From contig NC_020304.1 in the NCBI RefSeq assembly GCF_000341395.1, forward strand, positions 1,140,001 to 1,172,000: a DNA stretch of 32,000 nucleotides, in the 5' to 3' direction. The position numbers were made by a program, and so were the translations under genes. The DNA is from Desulfocapsa sulfexigens DSM 10523 (GTDB taxonomy: Bacteria; Desulfobacterota; Desulfobulbia; Desulfobulbales; Desulfocapsaceae). The notes below the pieces were generated by a model, which did not search any database, was not told the DNA's origin, and saw nothing but the letters and a program-made list of their open reading frames with translations. Positions 1-8,562 of this stretch are shown here, one piece after another (the stretch's first letter is position 1; each line of letters begins with the position of its first letter).

Positions 1-1410
1 GTTCTCATTTTATTTGCTACCTTACTGCTGTGTATCTGTTTTGCCGCTGTCAAGATCTCCATGGTACTTGATCGTTTCGTCAAAGAGTTACTCTCTGCCT
101 TTCAGGATCTGCTTCATCAGAAAAAGGCCATGAACTTCCCCTGCTCCGGCCCGGATGAGGTGCGAAAACTGAGTCTCAGCCTGAACACTCTTTCCCTTCA
201 GTACCTTGAGAGTCTGCATTCACAGGAACGCATGCTGGAGAAAACCAAAGAGATGGAAAATGAGTTGAGACAATCACAGAAGATGAAAGCCATTGGGTTG
301 CTGGCCGGTGGCGTGGCACATGATTTAAATAATATTCTCTCGGGAATAGTCAGTTATCCACAACTTCTGCTTCTGCAGCTTCCCGAAGATAATGAATTAC
401 GTGGTCCAATTCTTGAGATTCAACGATCAGGCGAAAGAGCCGCTGCAGTGGTGGCGGACCTGCTCACCGTTGCCCGTGGCGTTGCCAGTAAAAAAGAATG
501 TGCTGATCTCAACACCCTTATCCAGGAATATTTTGATTCACCGGAACACAAAACACAGAAAAAAAATTACCAGAATGTACTCTGTTCCGTGAATCTATCC
601 GAAGAAAGCCTTCCCATTAGCTGCTCTCCTGTTCATTTAAAGAAAACACTCATGAATCTAATGATTAATGCTGCCGAGTCCATCCCGGCAGAAGGAGAGA
701 TTATTGTAGAAACAAAGAAGGTACAGTTTTGCAATAAAGATATTCTCGGTTCAAATCTGGCACCTGGTAGTTATGCACTTCTCCAGATCAAAGACACAGG
801 GCCAGGGATAGCGGAAAAGGATCTGAAACATATTTTTGAACCCTTCTATAGTAAAAAGAAGATGGGACGGAGTGGCACAGGACTCGGCCTGACAGTGGTT
901 TGGAATACGATGAACGACCATGAAGGCAGGGTCAAGGTTATGAGCAGCGAAGAAGGAAGCTGTTTTGAACTCTATTTTCCGCTGTATCTGGAAGGACAGA
1001 ACGCCACTCCTGAAAAAACTGAAGAAACTGAGTTGCAGGGGAATGGAGAACGTATTCTGATCATTGACGATGAAGCGTTGCAAAGGGACCTTGGCTCGAG
1101 AATACTCGATATCTACGGCTATCATGTCGATGCGGTTGCTTCCGGGGAAGAAGCTGTCCAATTTCTAAAAGACCATGAGTGTGATTTGTTGATCCTGGAT
1201 ATGATAATGGAACCGGGTATGGATGGCTATGCAACTTTTCTGGAAATAGTGAAGATTCGTCCTCAGCAGAAGGCTGTTATTGTTAGTGGGTTCTCAGCTA
1301 GTCAGGCAGTTGAGAAAACGCAGAAACTTGGCGCAGGGGAACTATTAAAGAAACCATACTCTCCTGAAGCTCTAGCCCTTGCAGTGAAGAATGCTTTGCA
1401 GCAGAAATAG
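1..1410 (+). CDS. hybrid sensor histidine kinase / response regulator (5' end outside window)
   Basis: ORF 61..1410. The same frame stays open back to base 1 (VLILFATLLLCICFAAVKIS, TM-like), so the N-terminus probably lies upstream of the window. H-box GGVAHDLNNILSGI, N-box LMNLMINAAES, G1 DTGPGI and G2 GTGLGL are present. A receiver domain follows (ILIIDDE ... LLILDMIMEPGMDG ... LKKP). Confidence 0.85.
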   Translation, partial: VLILFATLLLCICFAAVKISMVLDRFVKELLSAFQDLLHQKKAMNFPCSGPDEVRKLSLSLNTLSLQYLESLHSQERMLEKTKEMENELRQSQKMKAIGLLAGGVAHDLNNILSGIVSYPQLLLLQLPEDNELRGPILEIQRSGERAAAVVADLLTVARGVASKKECADLNTLIQEYFDSPEHKTQKKNYQNVLCSVNLSEESLPISCSPVHLKKTLMNLMINAAESIPAEGEIIVETKKVQFCNKDILGSNLAPGSYALLQIKDTGPGIAEKDLKHIFEPFYSKKKMGRSGTGLGLTVVWNTMNDHEGRVKVMSSEEGSCFELYFPLYLEGQNATPEKTEETELQGNGERILIIDDEALQRDLGSRILDIYGYHVDAVASGEEAVQFLKDHECDLLILDMIMEPGMDGYATFLEIVKIRPQQKAVIVSGFSASQAVEKTQKLGAGELLKKPYSPEALALAVKNALQQK

Positions 1411-1591
1411 AAGATTGAAAGTGAGTACTAGTTGTGTAAAAATGTTGATCTTGTACTGTTAGAAATAGTGATATCCCAGGAATCAATTCCCTGAGTCACA
1501 CCATATTCGATAAATATTCAGTCAGGTAATACCAGCACACGCGGAGTATCTGATTGTATAGTACGTTTAGCTAGCCTGGATAACCGGTAAG

Positions 1592-2977
1592 ATGGAGAGT
1601 AAAGAACAGAAGACAACCTTAGCTGTGGCCACGGTTACCGCCTTTATGGCACCATTCATGATATCTTCGACCAACGTGGCCCTACCGGTCATTGGCAATG
1701 ACTTTCATGTGAATGCCGTATTGCTCGGCTGGGTTGCCACCTCCTATCTACTCGCCACAGCCGTTTTCCTTTTGCCGGCCGGCAAATATGCCGACTTACA
1801 CGGCCGCCGCAAGATATTTATGATCGGTATAGCCTTATTCACCCTGGGCGCACTTGGTGGTATGGCTGCAAATGGTATCGTTTTCTTCATCGCCACCCGG
1901 GTTCTCCAGGGCATGGGAGCGGCTATGTTCTTGACCACGGGAATGGCTATTCTCACCGCTACCTATCCACCACAAAGACGTGGTTGGGCCATCGGTATTC
2001 TAGTAACAGCTGTCTATGTCGGACTGGCAACCGGGCCCTTTATCGGCGGGATGTTGACCAGTTTCTGGGGGTGGAGATCAATATTTCTGGTAATCTTCGC
2101 TCTCGGACTCTGCTCCTTTGGCGTTACCCTGCGTTTTCTGCCAGGTAAGTGGCGACCTGCTGACGAACCCTTTGATAGTGTCGGCAGTCTGATCTATGGT
2201 ATTTCGATTTTATTGTGGGTCTACGGTGGAACCCGGGTACCGAGTACATCCGGCTGGTGGCTGTTCGGACTGGGATGGGGTGGCCTGATCCTCTTTTATT
2301 ACCTCCAGCGGCGCCGGCAAGAACCTGTTTTCGATGTCACCCTGTTTGAGAAAAACCGCATTTTTCTCTTTTCCAGCCTGGCCGCTTTAATCCACTATGC
2401 AGCCACCTTTGCCATTACCTTTCAGATCAGCCTCTATCTCCAGTATGTCAAGGGCTTGTCGCCCAAGGCAGCCGGGACCGTACTGATGGTGCAGCCTATC
2501 ATGATGGCCCTGTTCGCTGCCAAGGCTGGTAGTCTCTCCGACCGGATCGAAGTACGGCTTCTGGCCTCACTGGGAATGGGGATCACTGTCTGCTGTCTTA
2601 TTGGTTTTGTTTTTCTTGGCAGGGAGACCCCTATCTGGTTTGTGGCTGGAATTCTCGCCATACTCGGTTTCGGCTTTGCCCTGTTCTCCTCACCAAACAT
2701 GAGCGCGATCATGGGTGCAGTGGAACCGCGACAATACGGTCTGGCCTCTGGTTGTGTGGCTACCATGCGTCTTCTTGGCCAGGTTGGCAGCATGACCATT
2801 GCCACCACGTTCCTAGCCTTTTTTGTCGGCAGTGAACAGATATCTGAACTCCACAATGAACAGTTCCTCCTCTCCATGAAGAACTGTTTTGTCTTTTTTA
2901 GCGTCCTCTGTTTGGTTGGACTGGTATTTTCTCTGATGCGTAAGAGAAAAGAGAAGGGGAAAGAAGAGGGACTTTGA
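1592..2977 (+). CDS. MFS transporter, DHA2 (EmrB/QacA-like) type
   Basis: 461 aa with about 14 hydrophobic helices. An MFS motif-A-like loop, GKYADLHGRRKIF, follows TM2. Length and topology fit 14-TMS drug:H+ antiporters. Confidence 0.8.
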   Translation: MESKEQKTTLAVATVTAFMAPFMISSTNVALPVIGNDFHVNAVLLGWVATSYLLATAVFLLPAGKYADLHGRRKIFMIGIALFTLGALGGMAANGIVFFIATRVLQGMGAAMFLTTGMAILTATYPPQRRGWAIGILVTAVYVGLATGPFIGGMLTSFWGWRSIFLVIFALGLCSFGVTLRFLPGKWRPADEPFDSVGSLIYGISILLWVYGGTRVPSTSGWWLFGLGWGGLILFYYLQRRRQEPVFDVTLFEKNRIFLFSSLAALIHYAATFAITFQISLYLQYVKGLSPKAAGTVLMVQPIMMALFAAKAGSLSDRIEVRLLASLGMGITVCCLIGFVFLGRETPIWFVAGILAILGFGFALFSSPNMSAIMGAVEPRQYGLASGCVATMRLLGQVGSMTIATTFLAFFVGSEQISELHNEQFLLSMKNCFVFFSVLCLVGLVFSLMRKRKEKGKEEGL

Positions 2978-3005
2978 TTTGCAACTATGACACCCCTGCT
3001 TTTTT

Positions 3006-3860
3006 CTAAACTTTCATTTTGATACCAACCATTTTCAACTTGAGCCTATCAAACAAGCGATCAGGAAGCAGGCGAGATAACAGAATGATTTTTTTTGAGT
3101 TTGGGCCAACAGGATAACGAGTGCGTGGTTTTGTCGCTAACAATGCTTTTGCAATGACCTTGCCCACTGTTTCAGGCGCTGCACCCGTCATTTCTTGTTT
3201 ATGCATCGATTCCGCCATACTGAGTAATGGTTCGGCATATAGTTCACGCTGTTCCATTGTCATTTTACCTATTGTTTCTTTTGCTTGATCAAGCATTCGA
3301 TTTGCCGCTGGTGTCGCAATAGAAGAGGGGTCCACAGCGATAACATCAATTCCCCATGGCTTTAATTCGATTCGTAAACCTGAATTCAATGACTCAAGAG
3401 CATGCTTTGATGCACATATGGTTACACCAAACGGAATAGTTGTGTGGGCGCCAACCGAGCCTACATTAACTATTCTTCCTTTGCTTTTGCGAATAAAAGG
3501 TAGCATAGCTTGAGTTAATTCTAGAGTACCAAAAAGGTTTACGTCAAATATTTGCCTGAAGCGATCAATGGATAATGCTTCAATCGGACCAAAGTCTGCA
3601 ATCCCTGCCACATTGACTAATGCATATAATCCTTTATTGCCAAGGCTGACACGTAGTTTTTCCTTCAGGTCAGTAATGTCATTTGTTTGTGTAACATCTA
3701 GAATAACTGCCTCTAAGTTGGAAGAAGCTATTTGTGATAGTTTTTCACCATGTTCTTTTTTCCGCACACCAGCGAATACTTTAAAACCTAGTTTATCAAG
3801 CTCAAGTGCTGTTGCTTGACCAATGCCGGAACCAGCAGCGGTTACTAAAACTGTTTTCAT
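3006..3860 (-). CDS. short-chain dehydrogenase/reductase (SDR) family protein, atypical active site
   Basis: 284 aa. It has an N-terminal Rossmann motif VTAAGSGIG, an NVAG motif and the GSVG...ICASK segment. The Ser and Lys of the triad are present, but the catalytic Tyr position is Ile. Confidence 0.85.
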   Translation of the reverse strand: MKTVLVTAAGSGIGQATALELDKLGFKVFAGVRKKEHGEKLSQIASSNLEAVILDVTQTNDITDLKEKLRVSLGNKGLYALVNVAGIADFGPIEALSIDRFRQIFDVNLFGTLELTQAMLPFIRKSKGRIVNVGSVGAHTTIPFGVTICASKHALESLNSGLRIELKPWGIDVIAVDPSSIATPAANRMLDQAKETIGKMTMEQRELYAEPLLSMAESMHKQEMTGAAPETVGKVIAKALLATKPRTRYPVGPNSKKIILLSRLLPDRLFDRLKLKMVGIKMKV

Positions 3861-3996
3861 TCTTTTCTCTCTTTATTTCATCGATACACTCGTCTCGGGC
3901 GGCCTGACATTCTCTGCAACACCTGGAAGGAGCGTGTCATAACTAAAGCTGATTACCATCGAAACTCAGCTTTGCAACCCGGAGTTGTTCTGTGTC

Positions 3997-4071
3997 GATT
4001 ATATGGGACGCCATAAACCCATCCCTGGGGGCTCTGCTGCGGCCGTCCAGGCCGCAGATGCCCATATAATC
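3997..4071. repeat. nested inverted repeat / structured element in divergent intergenic region
   Basis: The outer 11-bp perfect inverted repeat is GATTATATGGG (3997-4007) / CCCATATAATC (4061-4071). It encloses a GC-rich 8-bp hairpin, CTGCGGCC (4037-4044) / GGCCGCAG (4050-4057), with a 5-nt loop. A further 8-bp hairpin, AAAGCTGA/TCAGCTTT, lies at 3945-3973. Confidence 0.5.
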
Positions 4072-4284
4072 AACACGAAAAAACTCCTCCTCTGGCGGGT
4101 AGGCTGAGGATTAGTGGTAACCAGGTAACTAAAAGACTGCTTTGAAAAAGCCCGTTTGTCAATCATTTTGAACAGTGCAGGTGTTTAACTCGCTCAACAC
4201 GTGCTTGCAAATATTATTAGTCAACGATAGAGTAGCCTGGTCCATGGAGTGGGAACTCCTGATAATCTTTACATTGAGAGACAT

Positions 4285-5082
4285 ATGCTAACCACATTTT
4301 TAACGTATTGCGCAGTCGGAGCTGTTGCAGGAATTCTTGCAGGATTATTAGGGATTGGTGGGGGGCTCGTAATTGTCCCCATGCTGGTTTATGTTTTCGC
4401 TCTAAACAATATTCCACCGGAATTGACCATGCACCTGGCTCTGGCCACATCCATGGCAAGTATAATGTTCACTTCGGTATCAAGTTTTATGGCTCATCAT
4501 AAACGGGGGGCCGTACGGTGGGATGTGGTGAAGAAAATCGTCGCCGGGATTCTCACTGGTACCTTTCTCGGTTCCTGTCTTGCCTCGGCAATGTCCACTA
4601 ACTTTCTAAAGGTGTTTTTTGTCATCTTTCTCTATTTCGTGGCCGTCCAGCTTCTTTTAAATAAAAAGCCCAAAGGAGGGCGGGAGCTCCCTGGAAAAAC
4701 TGGGATGTTTGCGGTGGGGAATGGGATCGGTGTGGTGTCCAGTCTGGTCGGCATCGGTGGGGGAACGCTGTCCGTACCATTCATGCTCTGGTGTAATATC
4801 AAGGTTCATCACGCCATTGGCACCTCCGCTGCCATTGGTTTACCCATAGCAATAGCCGGAACTGCAGGGTATGTCATTAACGGCTGGAATGTTCCCACCC
4901 TGCCAGCATATTCGTTGGGCTATGTCTATTTACCAGCCTTGGTCGGTATTGCAGCAGTGAGCGTCCTGACTGCACCCCTCGGAGTCAAACTGGCACATAG
5001 CCTTCCTGTAAATCGATTGAAGCGGGTGTTTTCTTTGCTGCTTTTTGGAGTAGCAACGAAGATGTTAATGGGAATTTTGTAG
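4285..5082 (+). CDS. TauE/SafE (TSUP, DUF81) family anion/sulfite exporter
   Basis: A polytopic membrane protein with the two-fold repeated GIGGG(x)V/L signature (LLGIGGGLVIVP and LVGIGGGTLSVP). The ORF track starts at GTG 4249. ATG 4285 (MLTTFL...) is the more likely start. Confidence 0.8.
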   Translation: MLTTFLTYCAVGAVAGILAGLLGIGGGLVIVPMLVYVFALNNIPPELTMHLALATSMASIMFTSVSSFMAHHKRGAVRWDVVKKIVAGILTGTFLGSCLASAMSTNFLKVFFVIFLYFVAVQLLLNKKPKGGRELPGKTGMFAVGNGIGVVSSLVGIGGGTLSVPFMLWCNIKVHHAIGTSAAIGLPIAIAGTAGYVINGWNVPTLPAYSLGYVYLPALVGIAAVSVLTAPLGVKLAHSLPVNRLKRVFSLLLFGVATKMLMGIL

Positions 5083-5151
5083 CAAGTGACGTTCTCACAA
5101 TGAGCAATAACGAAAATTTTATACCAGCTACACTTACCTGATTATAAGGGG

Positions 5152-5934
5152 TCAGCTTGCCTTCACTGGATGTTTTTGATACGTGCTGCTTGGCTGGCCG
5201 TCAATATAGATACCCTCCAGATAAGAGAGTTTTCGAGGCAGCTGTTTCACCGAGCCCCTGGTAATCAGAAATGTTGCCTTTCGTCCGACACAAAGTCTAC
5301 CCAAATTTGTCATATTGAAAAATCTGGCTCCATTTTCCGATGCACAGCAGATGGCCTCCTCAAGTGAGTACCCTGCCTTCATGAATAATTTCATCTCTTC
5401 GACCATCGACTCACCATGAAGGATGCCGACACTGCCACTTCCAGTTCCAACGGCGAGTGTCAGGCCTAACTCTTTGGCAAAACTGAGTTGCTTCAGCTGT
5501 TCGGCAAGTATCTTTTTCCAAAACGCTTCCGCGCCGGGAATTGGCTTGCCCGGTGCCACGTAACGTGTGGAAAACCGGCAGCACACACTTCCACCTGAGC
5601 TTGCACCATCGAGACCGTTTTTGGCCCGCACGATGCTGGGAATCCACAGCACATTCCTGTCGGCCATTTTTTGGAGGTTGCCTTCACCCATGTCATATCC
5701 CTGTTCAATGGCATCGCACCCTGCCTCAATGGCCTCTTTAACGTGTTGTGGTCCGTTGGCCAGCACCACAGCCTTTTTATTCCCTCTATGCTTGAGTGTA
5801 TGGCAGAGTTTTTCATGGCTTATAAGAGAATGTTGTGCGTCATCGTCTTCAATGCTCGCAGAATAGTTGATTCTGAGAAAATCAGGTTCCGTGGAACCCA
5901 TACTGCCAGAGCTGCGGATCTCCATTGACCTCAT
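5152..5934 (-). CDS. amidohydrolase-superfamily protein, C-terminal two thirds (metal ligands substituted)
   Basis: 260 aa. It resembles COG1228-type amidohydrolases (AGCDAIEQG vs the usual aGvdsIEHG, LAVGTGSG vs GTD, RKATFLIT vs ADLVV). Its start ATG overlaps the stop of the upstream ORF (ATGA). Confidence 0.6.
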   Translation of the reverse strand: MRSMEIRSSGSMGSTEPDFLRINYSASIEDDDAQHSLISHEKLCHTLKHRGNKKAVVLANGPQHVKEAIEAGCDAIEQGYDMGEGNLQKMADRNVLWIPSIVRAKNGLDGASSGGSVCCRFSTRYVAPGKPIPGAEAFWKKILAEQLKQLSFAKELGLTLAVGTGSGSVGILHGESMVEEMKLFMKAGYSLEEAICCASENGARFFNMTNLGRLCVGRKATFLITRGSVKQLPRKLSYLEGIYIDGQPSSTYQKHPVKAS

Positions 5935-6320
5935 CCATGATTTTCTTTTTGATATCGTTGCACCAGCTCACCTATGGCATCAGTATCGGCCATTCCCTGT
6001 ACACCGTGTGCGTGGCAGTAATGGATGTGACGATCAAGGATGGTGAGCCTTTGTGCCGTATCGTCTTTTTCAGGAAATACCTGTACCTTTTCCACAACAG
6101 ATGGTGATTGTAGCAGAGAAACACTGCAGTCAACCAGGGCCGGTACAATGGTACAATGTGCAAAATCGTCTATTTCTGGTTCATCTTGGGTGGGGAGGGC
6201 ATCTACTGGACCAATAGCACTTATAAGGCCATCTTTGATCTCTAGAAAAACACGCCTGCGCACCCTGGCACCACTACCGTCAATAAATGCTCCTGCTACG
6301 ATGTACCGTGTTGTATCCAT
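5931..6320 (-). CDS. amidohydrolase-superfamily protein, N-terminal third (HxH motif lost)
   Basis: 129 aa. It has the typical amidohydrolase N-terminus (YIVAGAFIDGSG...VFLEIKDGLISAIGP...CTIVPALVDCSVSL). CSVS occupies the position of the metal-binding HxH. The two ORFs together total 389 aa, the size of one normal enzyme. Confidence 0.55.
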   Translation of the reverse strand: MDTTRYIVAGAFIDGSGARVRRRVFLEIKDGLISAIGPVDALPTQDEPEIDDFAHCTIVPALVDCSVSLLQSPSVVEKVQVFPEKDDTAQRLTILDRHIHYCHAHGVQGMADTDAIGELVQRYQKENHG

Positions 6321-6462
6321 GAAGAGTTTTTTTCCTTCTATCTGTGCTATGCTGCTTATGGATGAGTTACCTACAAATGCTGTTCATTGAAATGATACCA
6401 TTTTTACTGGGCCATCTCACATTCTTTTGAGTAGAATCAAAAAAAACCATTTTGGAGTTTTA

Positions 6463-7464
6463 ATGAAAATCACACTCAAATCCCCCCTTGATATGCATCT
6501 TCATCTGCGTGATGATGAAATGCTAAAAACCGTTGCACCACTGTCCAGTAACAGTTTTTGCGGTGCACTTGTGATGCCCAATCTTGTCCCGCCTGTTACG
6601 GACAAAGATATGGTGAAAAGCTATAAGGGGCGTATTATTGAGGCAATTGGCAGTGATTGTTTTGAGCCTTACATGACCCTGTTTTTTCAAGACAGCTACA
6701 CAAGAGCTTTTCTTGAACAGGTGAGAGACGATATTTTAGCGGTTAAACTCTACCCTGCTGGCATCACCACCAATAGTGAGGGGGGCGTAGCTGCCCTGGA
6801 TGTGGAAACGCTTCGGCCTACCCTTCAGATCATGAGTGATTTGAAGATCCCTTTGTGTATCCATGGAGAGAGCAATGGATTTGTGATGGATCGTGAGCAG
6901 GAGTTTATGCCGATCTATGAGGCCCTGGCACAGTCCTTTCCTGAACTGAGCATTGTTATGGAGCATATCACTACGGCTGCTGCGGTGGCAATGCTTGACA
7001 GGTATGATAATATTTATGCAACCATCACCCTGCATCACCTGTTGATCACCCTTGATGATGTAGCTGGCGGAATGCTCAAACCCCATCTTTTCTGCAAGCC
7101 CATTGCCAAACGTTATGAGGATCGCGAAGCACTGCTTCATGTGGCGCTGAATGCACATCCAAAAGTGATGTTTGGAAGCGACTCTGCCCCACACCCTCAG
7201 CACAAAAAAGAGGCCTGTGGATGTGCTGCGGGAGTCTTTACGGCTCCCATTGCCCTGCCTGTCTTGGCGGAACTTTTTGCCAACCATGGTCTATTGGACA
7301 ATTTGCAATCCTTTGTAAGTAACAATGCAATGAACATTTATAATATTACCCCTCCTGTTACGGAATTAGTGCTTGAAGATACTCCGATGCATGTTCCTGA
7401 AAAATACAATACTGTTATCCCCATGTATGCTGGTGAACAGATCGGCTGGAGTATCAGGAAGTAG
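6463..7464 (+). CDS. pyrC: dihydroorotase, homodimeric (E. coli PyrC) type
   Basis: All metal and catalytic motifs are present: DMHLHLRD (HxH), AVKLYPAG (carboxylated Lys), LCIHGE, MEHITT and FGSDSAPH. ATG 6463 is preceded by GGAG 7 nt upstream. The TTG at 6427 in the ORF track is probably an over-extension. Confidence 0.9.
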   Translation: MKITLKSPLDMHLHLRDDEMLKTVAPLSSNSFCGALVMPNLVPPVTDKDMVKSYKGRIIEAIGSDCFEPYMTLFFQDSYTRAFLEQVRDDILAVKLYPAGITTNSEGGVAALDVETLRPTLQIMSDLKIPLCIHGESNGFVMDREQEFMPIYEALAQSFPELSIVMEHITTAAAVAMLDRYDNIYATITLHHLLITLDDVAGGMLKPHLFCKPIAKRYEDREALLHVALNAHPKVMFGSDSAPHPQHKKEACGCAAGVFTAPIALPVLAELFANHGLLDNLQSFVSNNAMNIYNITPPVTELVLEDTPMHVPEKYNTVIPMYAGEQIGWSIRK

Positions 7465-7518
7465 AAGAAAGGAAAACCTTGGGAAAAGCACCCCAACTCA
7501 ACACTTTATTCTGTTGGA

Positions 7519-8448
7519 ATGACCATGAAAAGAAAATTCCTCATCTTTCTTCCCTCCACCTGGGCTTACATCAAGGAAGGATACCATACCCAAGGGTATT
7601 CATTGAAAAACTGGCTGCATGGTTACATCTATAGCAGGTGGATCTACCTCTATATTGGCATCGGCACCGGTGAGCATATCCTTGCAAGAAAGTTCAAGCC
7701 CTTGGCCAAATTTCTTTGTCGCTTTTTTAAACCATCTGGCAAGTCTGAATCTCCGGAAACATGTATCAGCTTTTCAGACACCTATCACGGCAAGGTCATC
7801 AGTCTTGATACGGCAAAAAAACTTGTCACCATAAACAGGAGAATTGAAGTAGCCGATCTTGAACAGGTCATCCCCTATAAGCTTGCGCGGTCAATTATTC
7901 TGGAAAACCCAGAACATATCGTGGTTATGGATTGCCCATGCCGTAAAGTACGCCCTAATCCATGTAAGCCCATTGATGTCTGTCTGGTGATCGGTGAAAT
8001 TTTCAGCCAATTTATCCTGGAACACCATCCCGCTAACAGTCGTAAAATTAACATGAAAGAAGCTGTCGAAATCCTCGAGGCAGAGCACAAACGGGGGCAT
8101 GTTCACCATGCTTTTTTTAAATCTGATCTTTTTAACCGCTTCTATGCAATCTGTAACTGTTGCAGCTGCTGCTGTGGAGCCATACAGGCCTGGCGCAATG
8201 GTACTCCCATGCTGGCCTCATCTGGCTATGTCAGCAGAAGCAATCATGCATTGTGCACAGCATGCGGGGTTTGTGTGGTGTTTTGCCAGTTTGAAGCATT
8301 AAAAATGAAAGAGGACACCATTATCATCGATGAAAAACGCTGTTTGGGTTGCGGTGTCTGTGTTACGAAATGTAAGGAAAATGCCCGATGGCTCGAACGT
8401 GATACTTCCAGAGGCACACCTTTAGAGGTTGATAAGCTTTTCCTTTAA
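7519..8448 (+). CDS. Cys-rich Fe-S protein with C-terminal 2x[4Fe-4S] ferredoxin domain, function unknown
   Basis: 309 aa. It has two CxxCxxCxxxC motifs (CTACGVCVVFC, CLGCGVCVTKC) plus the upstream Cys clusters MDCPCRK...C...C and CNCCSCCC. Confidence 0.7.
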   Translation: MTMKRKFLIFLPSTWAYIKEGYHTQGYSLKNWLHGYIYSRWIYLYIGIGTGEHILARKFKPLAKFLCRFFKPSGKSESPETCISFSDTYHGKVISLDTAKKLVTINRRIEVADLEQVIPYKLARSIILENPEHIVVMDCPCRKVRPNPCKPIDVCLVIGEIFSQFILEHHPANSRKINMKEAVEILEAEHKRGHVHHAFFKSDLFNRFYAICNCCSCCCGAIQAWRNGTPMLASSGYVSRSNHALCTACGVCVVFCQFEALKMKEDTIIIDEKRCLGCGVCVTKCKENARWLERDTSRGTPLEVDKLFL

Positions 8449-8562
8449 CATGCAGTGGTAGACAGTTCACGAATTAGACTCGCAATCAGTCATTCATCAG
8501 AATCTTTTTACCTATGCAAAAAAGATATATTCTCCTGTTCTCTTTTGTCAAGACAGTACCTT

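Noticed and set aside
748-757. GGTTCAAATC, resembling a tRNA T-arm
   Set aside because: It lies inside the histidine kinase CDS. No acceptor or anticodon stems can be built around it.
4196-4209. AACACGTGCTTGCA, resembling a sigma54 -24/-12 element upstream of the TauE gene
   Set aside because: The essential GG dinucleotide at -24 is missing.
4249-4284. Extended ORF-track starts: GTG 4249, and similarly TTG 6427, TTG 12821, ATG 17509 and GTG 28884
   Set aside because: In each case a downstream ATG has a better-placed Shine-Dalgarno sequence and matches the usual family N-terminus. The extensions also run through RBS or conserved non-coding sequence.
5411-5928. Several 60-107 aa ORFs on both strands inside the amidohydrolase gene
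   Set aside because: They are mutually overlapping, carry no motifs, and lie within a region where the minus-strand frame shows family similarity.
5931-5940. Programmed -1 ribosomal frameshift joining the two amidohydrolase ORFs
   Set aside because: There is no slippery heptamer (X XXY YYZ) at or before CAT GGA TGA and no obvious downstream structure. ATGA coupling or a plain frameshift mutation is simpler.
6440-6462. A-run / GGAGTTTT pairing ahead of pyrC, considered as an E. coli-like SD-sequestering hairpin
   Set aside because: The pairing is short, bulged and AU-only, so it cannot be distinguished from chance.
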